64,000 bases of DNA, taken from NCBI GenBank assembly GCA_045863395.1, contig BTVJ01000001.1, forward strand, positions 1-64,000, given 5' to 3'. Made by a program: the position numbers and the translations under genes. The notes under the pieces were generated by a model. The model did no database searches and had not been told where the DNA came from. It saw only the letters and a program-made list of their open reading frames with translations. Source of the DNA: Myxococcales bacterium (GTDB lineage Bacteria > Myxococcota_A > UBA9042 > JABWCM01 > BTVJ01). This document shows, piece after piece, positions 19,009 to 26,714 of this stretch (positions are counted from its first letter, which is position 1; every line of letters starts with the position of its first letter).

Positions 19009-20517
19009 ATGAGATCCCGGTTGCTTGCCCTCACCCTGACCGCTGCCCTCGCCGCGTGCGAGCCCGCGGACGTCGAGCTCGCCAAGGATGGAGGGCTCCC
19101 CACGCTGCACTTCGAGTCCGCGGTGGAGTTCGACGCCGCCCTGGGCGCGGGGGCCGGCGCGCTGTGCCTGACCGGCTCGGCCCCGGTGGACCTCACGGCG
19201 CCGGGCGCGGTCGTCGGGTTCAAGCTCGCCATGTCCGCCGGTGACACGCTGGTCGCGGAGACCACCGGGAGCCCGCTGCTCGACACCACCCTGTTCGTCT
19301 TCGGGCCGGACGACGGCGCCGGCTTCTACGGCGAGTGGCCCGTCGCCATGGACGACGACGGCGGCGACGGCGCCCTCTCGCGCCTTGAGTTCACGGCCAA
19401 GGAGACGGGCTCCTACGCGCTCTTCGTGTCCACCTATGGGGGGGCAGGGATCGGCGTGGCCGCCCTGACGGCGACCGTGGGCGGCGCGGCGGGCTGCGGT
19501 CAGTCGCCTCCGCCCTGTGACGACGCCGACCCCTGCACGCTGGACGAGCTGGACCCCGCTGGGCTGTGCCAGCACCTGCCCATGCCCGGCTGCTGGGGCC
19601 CGTGTGACGACGGCGACCCCTGCACGCTGGACGAGCTGGACCCCGCGGGCCTGTGCCAGCACCTGCCCATGCCAGGCTGCTGGGGCCCGTGCGACGACGG
19701 CGACCCCTGCACCACCGACCGCCTGGACGACGCAGGCATGTGTGCCTACGAGCTGGACCCGGCCTGCGGGGGCCCGTGCGACGACGGCGACCCCTGCACG
19801 GTCGACGAGGTGGACCCGAGCGGGGCCTGCCGCAACCTCCACCTCCCGGGCTGCGGTGGCCCGGGGTACGACCCCTGCGACGGCGTGGACAACGACGGCG
19901 ACGGCCTCCTCGACGAGGACTGCCCCGACGGGGGGGACGCCGACGGCGACGGCATCCCGGACGTCCACGACAACTGCCCCCTGGACCCCAACCCGGACCA
20001 GTGGGACGGCGACGGAGACGGCATTGGCGACGCGTGCGGCTGCGTGGACCCGGCGACGGGCGTGCCTTGCGGCGGAGAGCTGTGCGACGGACTCGACAAC
20101 GACGGCAACGGCCTCGTCGACGAGGGCTGCTCCGACGGAGGGGACGCCGACGGCGATGGCATCCCGGACCTCCACGACAACTGCCCCCTGGACCCCAACC
20201 CGGACCAGTGGGACGGCGACGGAGACGGCATTGGCGACGCGTGCGGCTGCGTGGACCCGGCGACGGGAGTGCCTTGCGGCGGAGAGCTGTGCGACGGTCT
20301 CGACAACAATGGGGATGGACTCGTCGACGAGGGCTGCGGCCCCGAGATCGAGCTGTGCGACGGCCTCGACAACGACGGAGACGGGCTCGTCGACGAAGAC
20401 TGCGGAGACACGGACGGCGACGGGATCGGCGACGGGGAGGACAACTGCCCGCTCGCGGCCAACGGCGACCAGACAGACAGCGACGGAGACGGTGTCGGAG
20501 ACGCCTGCGACCCGTAG
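19009..20517 (+). CDS. Lipoprotein with PPC-like domain, Cys-rich repeats, thrombospondin type 3 and CDGxDNDxDG repeats
   Basis: LAAC lipobox; DTTLFVFGP..DDD..SRL (PPC-like); DGDGIPD..DNCP..NPDQ.D.DGDGIGDAC; ELCDGLDND.DGLVDE. Confidence 0.85.
   Translation: MRSRLLALTLTAALAACEPADVELAKDGGLPTLHFESAVEFDAALGAGAGALCLTGSAPVDLTAPGAVVGFKLAMSAGDTLVAETTGSPLLDTTLFVFGPDDGAGFYGEWPVAMDDDGGDGALSRLEFTAKETGSYALFVSTYGGAGIGVAALTATVGGAAGCGQSPPPCDDADPCTLDELDPAGLCQHLPMPGCWGPCDDGDPCTLDELDPAGLCQHLPMPGCWGPCDDGDPCTTDRLDDAGMCAYELDPACGGPCDDGDPCTVDEVDPSGACRNLHLPGCGGPGYDPCDGVDNDGDGLLDEDCPDGGDADGDGIPDVHDNCPLDPNPDQWDGDGDGIGDACGCVDPATGVPCGGELCDGLDNDGNGLVDEGCSDGGDADGDGIPDLHDNCPLDPNPDQWDGDGDGIGDACGCVDPATGVPCGGELCDGLDNNGDGLVDEGCGPEIELCDGLDNDGDGLVDEDCGDTDGDGIGDGEDNCPLAANGDQTDSDGDGVGDACDP
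19927..20337 (+). repeat. 207-bp near-identical coding duplication; a separate 87-bp duplication lies at ~19517-19690
   Basis: 69-aa unit DGGDADGDGIPD..VDEGC repeated twice almost exactly. Confidence 0.85.
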
Positions 20518-20615
20518 CTCGCAGGTACTTTATTATCTTGCATCCCATCCACTTGCGTGCTACCTCACGACCAGACGTGTCTGATTCATCAACGCACGGC
20601 CGGTGTGAGGACTGC

Positions 20616-21356
20616 ATGGCACAAGCATACACGCTGAGAACGCTCGAGATGACGCCGGAGAGGGCGCTGTCCTTCTTCGCCGGGCTCCGGGACAAGAAGA
20701 TCCGGGCCGCGGTCCAGAAGCACGGGCTGGGGAGCGATGTCATCACGTCCGGACGGGAGCGGCTCATCGCGGTGATCGCCGGCGAGGATCCCGACTACCC
20801 CGACGGCGGCGCAGCACCCGCCGACCCCGGGTTTGCTGAGGTCGTATCGTGGGACGAGCGGCACTTTGCCGTCTTGGAGGCCGCCATCACCTATTACGCG
20901 CCCGAGGTGGCCGCGTGGGTGTTCGACGGGCAGAGTCCGCAAGCGGACCAGCCCGGGTCCATTCAGGTCGTCGCGACCGTCCTGCACCGCGTGAAGGCCG
21001 TCCTCTCGGGCGCGCCCGGCGCGCCGCCGGCTCCCGCCATTCTCGTGGCGGGGCTCGAGAAGCTCGGCTATGGCGAGGCAGAGCGGCAGCGCCTCGATGG
21101 GCTCGTGATCCAGGCCCTTACACCCGAGGCCCTGGACGGCGAGGATGACGAGCCCGCCGTGGAGGAGCCACCGGCAGACGCGACGCGCCTCGCGCTGCTG
21201 CTCGACCTTCGCCGCTGGTACGACCTCGCCGCCGCCATCGCCCGCAAGTCCGGCCTGAACCGCGGCCAGCTCATCCGCCTCGGCCTTGCGCAGCGCAAGT
21301 CCCCCAAGGCAGCGACTGCCCCAACGGCGTCCGACCCGGAGGTCCCGCTCGCCTGA
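20616..21356 (+). CDS. Uncharacterised alpha-helical protein
   Basis: 246-aa ORF with GAGGA upstream, coding-like codon use, ends LIRLGLAQRK; resembles from memory an unannotated myxobacterial family. Confidence 0.75.
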   Translation: MAQAYTLRTLEMTPERALSFFAGLRDKKIRAAVQKHGLGSDVITSGRERLIAVIAGEDPDYPDGGAAPADPGFAEVVSWDERHFAVLEAAITYYAPEVAAWVFDGQSPQADQPGSIQVVATVLHRVKAVLSGAPGAPPAPAILVAGLEKLGYGEAERQRLDGLVIQALTPEALDGEDDEPAVEEPPADATRLALLLDLRRWYDLAAAIARKSGLNRGQLIRLGLAQRKSPKAATAPTASDPEVPLA

Positions 21357-21360
21357 CCCC

Positions 21361-21606
21361 GGTCCAACACCTTCGCGCGCGGCCCGGTGACCTTCGTTGA
21401 CGGGCCGGACACCTTCGCGCACGGCCCGACGAGCTTCGTGCGCGGCCATCTTCACGGGTTTGCGGGTTTCACCGGCGTGAGCGCGCGTGCGAACACCCTC
21501 GGTCGCCTCTGCGACATGCCTCGCAAGCACATGAACTTGCAGAGATCCGAGCGCACGCGAAGGGGATCCGGGCGCGCGCGAAGGAGATCCGAGCGCGCGC
21601 GAAGGT
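21361..21606. repeat. Two 21-bp tandem arrays in inverted orientation (long imperfect hairpin)
   Basis: CCTTCG at 21370, 21391, 21412 (GCTTCG at 21433); CGAAGG ending at 21563, 21584, 21605; outer 13 bp perfectly complementary. Confidence 0.8.
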
Positions 21607-21767
21607 CCATGGGCCACTTTGGCGCGGCGACGCCACATAGTGTCATTTGCGACGACGTCGCCACGGACCACCAATGCCGGGTGCACATCTGGAGCAGGCA
21701 CGCAAACCTGCCCGGGACTGCTGAGGGCCAGAAGACGCCGCTTTGGCCCCTCGGCGCGCGCGACCAG

Positions 21768-21876
21768 ATGCCATCGACGTCACTACCGGAGCTCCTCGCC
21801 GGCTGTACGCTGGTCGTCACGCTGGAGCCCTGCCCAATGATCGCCATCCCATCGGCGTCACTGCCGGAGTTCCTCG
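21768..21876 (+). repeat. 31-bp direct repeat pair (27/31 identical), 78-bp period
   Basis: atgccatcgacgtcactaccggagctcctcg versus atcccatcggcgtcactgccggagttcctcg. Confidence 0.75.
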
Positions 21877-21959
21877 GAGGTCCCTCGGATCATCACGTTG
21901 ACACAACGCTTCATTGGACCTATAGGGGACGGTGGGCGGCTGGCCACGCGGGAGAACCG

Positions 21960-22169
21960 ATGATGGAAGCGAAGGTTTCAACGGAGAAGGGGGTTCGCGA
22001 GTTGACCCCAGATGAAATAGCTATGCTCTTTCACCAACTAACCGCGGCATCTCATGCGTTGGGTGTGGCTCCTGTCGCAAGACCCGACAGCGACGGCCTC
22101 GGACCCACGGTCTCGCCGGTCGAGGTCATCCTGTCCAACTCTTGCGGGTCCGAGGGCGAGGGCCGCTAG
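21960..22169 (+). CDS. Small hypothetical protein (69 aa) coupled to the SDH protease
   Basis: GGAG upstream of ATG; stop lies 1 nt before the next ATG; lower GC like its neighbour. Confidence 0.5.
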   Translation: MMEAKVSTEKGVRELTPDEIAMLFHQLTAASHALGVAPVARPDSDGLGPTVSPVEVILSNSCGSEGEGR

Positions 22170-22170
22170 G

Positions 22171-23076
22171 ATGGGCAACTGGAGCGAGATCCTGGATGAG
22201 GCCAAGAAGTCAGGCTCGACGTACGACCTCATTCGGCGCAAATACCTGAAGAAGATCTACGGCCACACCGGGCGCAACGTGATCGCGTACTACTCGGGGT
22301 GGCTGCAGAAGCCCCACCTCGGGAACCTGCCCATGTTCTCCATCGGCGACGCCGATATGGCCGGATTCATGGCCACGGTCAACAAGATGGACTGCAAGAA
22401 GGGGTTGGACCTGATCCTCCACACTCCCGGGGGTTCGTTGGCGGCCACGGAGGCCCTCGTCGACTACCTTCGGTCGAAATTCGGGAGCGAGATTCGCTCG
22501 TTTGTACCACAGATGGCCATGTCGGCCGGAACCATGCTTGCCCTCGCTTGCAAGAGCGTGGTGTTGGGCAAGCACTCCAGTCTCGGTCCCATTGACCCAC
22601 AGATCAACGGGATCCCAGCGCATGGGATCGTCGAGGAATTCGAGACGGCAGTCAACGAGACCAGGGCAAACCCTGCCCGCGGTCCATTCTGGGGGGCGAT
22701 TGTCGGAAAGTACAATCCCACCCTCATTGGCGAGTCCAAGAAGGCAATCGCATGGTCGGAGCAGCTCGTCACTCAGTGGCTGAAGACCGGCATGCTTTCA
22801 CGTGACCCGAGCGCTGACAAACATGCAAGAGCGATTGTTGCGGAGCTCGGCGACCACGCCGTGACGAAGTCGCACAGCCGGCACTACTCGGTCGACGCGG
22901 TCTCGAAACTTGGCGTGGTTGTGGAGCCCCTGGAGGACGACGACAAGCTCCAGGATCTGATCCTGAGCTATCATCACGCGGCGATTCAGTCCTTTTCTAT
23001 TTCGCCCGCCGTCAAGATCATCGAAAATCATCGTGGAGTTGCCTTCGTGGCCCAGGTCAAAGGCACAGCTACCTGA
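22171..23076 (+). CDS. SDH-family ClpP-fold serine protease (S49-like)
   Basis: LDLILHTPGG, VPQMAMSAGTMLAL (catalytic Ser), SLGPIDPQ, SHSRH, KIIEN. Confidence 0.85.
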   Translation: MGNWSEILDEAKKSGSTYDLIRRKYLKKIYGHTGRNVIAYYSGWLQKPHLGNLPMFSIGDADMAGFMATVNKMDCKKGLDLILHTPGGSLAATEALVDYLRSKFGSEIRSFVPQMAMSAGTMLALACKSVVLGKHSSLGPIDPQINGIPAHGIVEEFETAVNETRANPARGPFWGAIVGKYNPTLIGESKKAIAWSEQLVTQWLKTGMLSRDPSADKHARAIVAELGDHAVTKSHSRHYSVDAVSKLGVVVEPLEDDDKLQDLILSYHHAAIQSFSISPAVKIIENHRGVAFVAQVKGTAT

Positions 23077-23168
23077 GCTGACTGGGCACGGCGACTTCTG
23101 CGCGCAGATCGGGGTGCGTAAGCGCCTCGCAACTGCGCTCTTTCGCGCAATTCGCCAGCGGGCGTCCC

Positions 23169-26100
23169 TCACGCCAGCACGTCCAGCAGCTCGGCCACGA
23201 TGCGAACCGGGGCGTCGGCTCCCGTCACCCGGATGGGCTGGTAGCTCGGGTTGTCCGGCTGCAGAGAGATGGCGTCGATGCCGCCCTCCTCGTTCTTCTC
23301 GGCGACGCGCAGGCGCTTGAGGGTGTACCGGCCCCCGGTCACCGGGTCGGCGTCGTCGCGGGCCTGGAAGACGAGGCGCCGGCCGTCCAGAGTGTCCAGG
23401 ATCGGCTCTCGGCCGTGCTCGAAGCGGCGGAACAGGCACCACGCTCCGGAGGGGACCCCTGGCTCCATCGAGTGGCCCTCCACGCGGGCCACGAACATGC
23501 GGCGGTCCAGGTTCCTGCGGGTCTTCACGCGCGTCCAGCCGAGCACCGGCACCGCGCTGCTCTCTCCGTAGCCTCCTGCCTGCGCGTCCAGATCGTAGAC
23601 AGGCAGCGCCTCGCGGTACTCCTCGTGGGGCGCCACGGACGAGAGAATCTCGACCCCCTCCCGCCTCGCCTCGTCCGCCGAGCGATCCGGGTACAGATCG
23701 CGCGACTCCACCATGCGCCAAAGGTCGCGAATGGCGTGAGCTGATCGGTCCTCCCACCACGAGATGTCGCTCCGGCCCAGCTTCTCGTTCTCCAGCAGAA
23801 ACAGGTAGTGCCAGGGCTCCCTGTCGTACTCCGTCAGAAGACGGCAAACCTCGTCGCCCCGCCGCGCCTTCGCCTTGTCCGCGTCGTCGAGCCGCCCCTT
23901 CACCTCGATCAGGAAGTTGTGCGCGACCTCGCCGATCCTCGCCCGCACCACGAAGTCCGGATAGTACGACGCCACGACGCCCTGCCAGTCGTACTCGATG
24001 GCGAAACCGACCTTTCGATGGTTGTAGACCCAGCCCGTCACGTCGGTCGCCCGCTCCAGCAGGCGCCCTACCCGCACCTCCGCGTCGCTGTCCATGGCCG
24101 CGCGCACGAAGGCCGAGCCGTTGATCGGGTCGAGCACGTGTCTCCGCACCGCCTGGTAGGGGCCGATGTCCGCCGAGCGCCGCTCGTCGAGCTGCGCCTG
24201 GGTCTCGGGGCGGCTCGACTGGAACGCGCGGCCGAGCTCGGGCCGCAACGCCGCCAGCACCTTCTCGATGACCTCCGACCGCGCCAGGTTGCCGAGCGCG
24301 ATGCGGCCGTCGCTGCCCGCCGCGCCGTCAAACGAGAGCGGCACGCCGGCGGGCAGGGCGAAGGTCTTGCGCTCCAGGAAGTCGCGCACCACCCCGCGCG
24401 CGGCGGTCAGGTGCTGCCGCCCCACCCGCAGTGCTTGGAGCAGGGGCAGCACGTAGGCACGGTCGAGAAACTGCGTGTAGTCGTGGAAGCTCGGCACACC
24501 GCTGAGTGAGAACCGCAGCCCCTCCGCAGCGTCGCCCTCCCCGAGCGCTTCCTTCAACCACGTCCGGAACTCGACCTCCGCGATGTGCTCGCGCCAGGCG
24601 ATCCGGGGCGCGACCGCCGGGATCCGGGCCACGTCGATCTCGGAGCGCCAGTCGCGGGGGATGTGCACGAGCCCCTCGAAGCGGAGCAGCCGCACGCTGC
24701 GCTCCTCCCTCTCGTGCGCGTCGTCGCGCGGCTCGATGCCGATGTAGTCCAGCCTGCGCTGGATGTCGTCCGAGTCGATCTCTTCCACCAGGTCGCCGAT
24801 CTGATCCAGGATCGCCTTGAACGACGGGTGCTCGATGACATACAGGTCCTCGCGGACGAGGTCCGTCACGCGGCCATCCTCGTCCAGCTCCGGTGGGTGC
24901 ATCTTGCGAAGGCCCCGCCCCAGCGTCTGCTCGGTGAGCGTGCGCGAGCCGCACGGCCGCAGCGGCACGATGACCTTCACGTTGCGGACGTCCCAGCCCT
25001 CCTTCAGCATCATCACGCTGACGACCACCGTGTAGGGGTTCGGGACCAGGACCCGCAGGCCCCGCTCGTCGATGATCTCCACCTCGTCCCGGTCGACCGC
25101 GTTGACGAGCTGCCGGATCTGGTTCCAGTCGGTCTCGTTCCTCTCCTCCTTCTGCCCGACGTGGATCTGCACCACCGTCGACCGGGGCCCATCCTCGGCG
25201 TCTTCGACGAACAGGAGCTCGTCGGTGTCCGGGAAGCGGAAGCCCGTGGGTGTCTGCCCGGCCTTGGCCAGATCCTCCGAAGAGGGCTCGCCGAACGTCA
25301 GCATGTTGGCGACCTGGGCCGCCTCCTTGCTGTCTGCGCACAGCACGAACAGGATGGGCTTGCGGACGTCCCCCTCTGCTCGAAGCTGGTCGCGCACCGC
25401 CATCCAGCGCTTGATTCCCGGCAGGAGCAGGTTGCGGTAGGTCTCCCAGGCGTTCGGCTGGTTCGGGCGGATGAGGGGCTCGGGCTCGCCACCACCCTCG
25501 GCCCGGACCTCCACGTTCTCCAGGATGGGCGTCTTGACGATGCCGTCGCCGATGGCCTCGGACAGCTCGTAGAGCACGGACGTGTGGCGGAACAGGTCGG
25601 CCGGCTTGAACCGGGTGGCCTTCGTCGTCTTCTCGGCGCCAGACTCCTCGAACAGCGTCGCCGAGAGGTCGACCTGCAGCGAGACGCGCCCGCGGGCATG
25701 TGCGGAGCCGTGCAGCGCGCGAATGCTCCGAATCCACGCCATGTCCTCGGCGCCCGTTGCGCCCCCCTTCGCCTTGGCCTGCGCCTTCAGCTCGAAGTCG
25801 AGGTGCCCGGTCTCATCCCACACGTGGTGCGCCTCGTCGTTCAGCACCAGCAGGCGGTCCACGCCGGCCAGGCGCTCGATGAGCGGCGTCCCCGCGTCCT
25901 CGAGCTTCGAGGGCATACGACCTCCGAAGAGAAGCGGGATCTGCCGCCCCGCGTAGGGCACGTCATCGAGCGGGTCCTCCTCGCTCGTCCGCAGGAGCTG
26001 GTGGTAGTTGGTCACGACGAGCGCCGAGCGGGCCGGGTCCAGACGGCGCGGGCAGGTGACCGGGTCGTAGACCTGCAGGTCGAAGTCACCCCGCAGCTCG

Positions 26101-26705
26101 GGCGGGATCACCGGGTCCGCCTGGAACACCGACGGCCGGCCATCCGGCGGCGCGAAGTCCGCGAGCAGGCGATCACGCACGAAGAGCCCCGGCGCGATGA
26201 GCAGACAGTGGCGCCCGAAGCCGAGGCCACGATCGCCCTCCCGCGCCCCGTTCAGGACCCACCACGCGATGAGCAGGCTCATCATCTTCGTCTTGCCGGA
26301 GCCCGTGGCGAGCTGCCCCCCGAGCTTGGCCCACGGGTCGCGCTGTGCGAAGGAGGCGTCCACGCCGCCGAGTGCCCAGAGATCCTCGGTCCGGCGGATT
26401 CGCCGCACCTCGTAGAGATAGACGAAGGTCTCGACGAGCCGCCGCTGATGGGGCCAGTAGCGGAACGAGGACTGTTGCGGTGGGCGCCCGAGCACGTGCG
26501 GCGGCCGCCGGAACCAGTGCCGCAACAGCAGCGCGGTGGTCTCGGAGGTCGCGTGCTCGCCGTCGCGCCCGGGCTCGTACCGCGGTGGCTCCAGCGGGTA
26601 CGCCTCGCGGGCCCTTCCCAGCTCGAAGCCGCGCCACTCGTCGACGAGGCGCCGGATGGTGGCTATCACCTCGTGCTGCCGTGTCGGAAACTGGGTGCTG
26701 GACAT
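23169..26705 (-). CDS. res: Type III restriction endonuclease Res subunit with C-terminal S24/LexA-like peptidase domain
   Basis: ATGSGKT, DEAHH, LSAT, MLKEGWDV, QTLGRGLR, YYPDF..IEVKG nuclease; then AQAG, VEGHSMEP, TLKRL, LQPDNPSY. Confidence 0.88.
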   Translation of the reverse strand: MSSTQFPTRQHEVIATIRRLVDEWRGFELGRAREAYPLEPPRYEPGRDGEHATSETTALLLRHWFRRPPHVLGRPPQQSSFRYWPHQRRLVETFVYLYEVRRIRRTEDLWALGGVDASFAQRDPWAKLGGQLATGSGKTKMMSLLIAWWVLNGAREGDRGLGFGRHCLLIAPGLFVRDRLLADFAPPDGRPSVFQADPVIPPELRGDFDLQVYDPVTCPRRLDPARSALVVTNYHQLLRTSEEDPLDDVPYAGRQIPLLFGGRMPSKLEDAGTPLIERLAGVDRLLVLNDEAHHVWDETGHLDFELKAQAKAKGGATGAEDMAWIRSIRALHGSAHARGRVSLQVDLSATLFEESGAEKTTKATRFKPADLFRHTSVLYELSEAIGDGIVKTPILENVEVRAEGGGEPEPLIRPNQPNAWETYRNLLLPGIKRWMAVRDQLRAEGDVRKPILFVLCADSKEAAQVANMLTFGEPSSEDLAKAGQTPTGFRFPDTDELLFVEDAEDGPRSTVVQIHVGQKEERNETDWNQIRQLVNAVDRDEVEIIDERGLRVLVPNPYTVVVSVMMLKEGWDVRNVKVIVPLRPCGSRTLTEQTLGRGLRKMHPPELDEDGRVTDLVREDLYVIEHPSFKAILDQIGDLVEEIDSDDIQRRLDYIGIEPRDDAHEREERSVRLLRFEGLVHIPRDWRSEIDVARIPAVAPRIAWREHIAEVEFRTWLKEALGEGDAAEGLRFSLSGVPSFHDYTQFLDRAYVLPLLQALRVGRQHLTAARGVVRDFLERKTFALPAGVPLSFDGAAGSDGRIALGNLARSEVIEKVLAALRPELGRAFQSSRPETQAQLDERRSADIGPYQAVRRHVLDPINGSAFVRAAMDSDAEVRVGRLLERATDVTGWVYNHRKVGFAIEYDWQGVVASYYPDFVVRARIGEVAHNFLIEVKGRLDDADKAKARRGDEVCRLLTEYDREPWHYLFLLENEKLGRSDISWWEDRSAHAIRDLWRMVESRDLYPDRSADEARREGVEILSSVAPHEEYREALPVYDLDAQAGGYGESSAVPVLGWTRVKTRRNLDRRMFVARVEGHSMEPGVPSGAWCLFRRFEHGREPILDTLDGRRLVFQARDDADPVTGGRYTLKRLRVAEKNEEGGIDAISLQPDNPSYQPIRVTGADAPVRIVAELLDVLA

Positions 26706-26714
26706 CTCCCCCTC

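Noticed and set aside
19517..20337. Diversity-generating retroelement TR/VR pair
   Set aside because: The duplications are in-frame coding repeats without a clear adenine-specific pattern, and no reverse transcriptase is present.
20530..20570. Sigma-70 promoter upstream of the 20616 ORF
   Set aside because: AT-rich with TTGCAT, but the -10 match is too weak to call.
21361..21881. CRISPR array
   Set aside because: The 21-bp units lack unique spacers, the 31-bp repeat has only two copies, and there are no cas genes in the window.
21387..22169. 260-aa ORF spanning the repeat region as a single gene
   Set aside because: Mosaic of repeat-derived heptads, a motif fragment and a separately RBS-led small ORF; not convincing as one protein, though not excluded.
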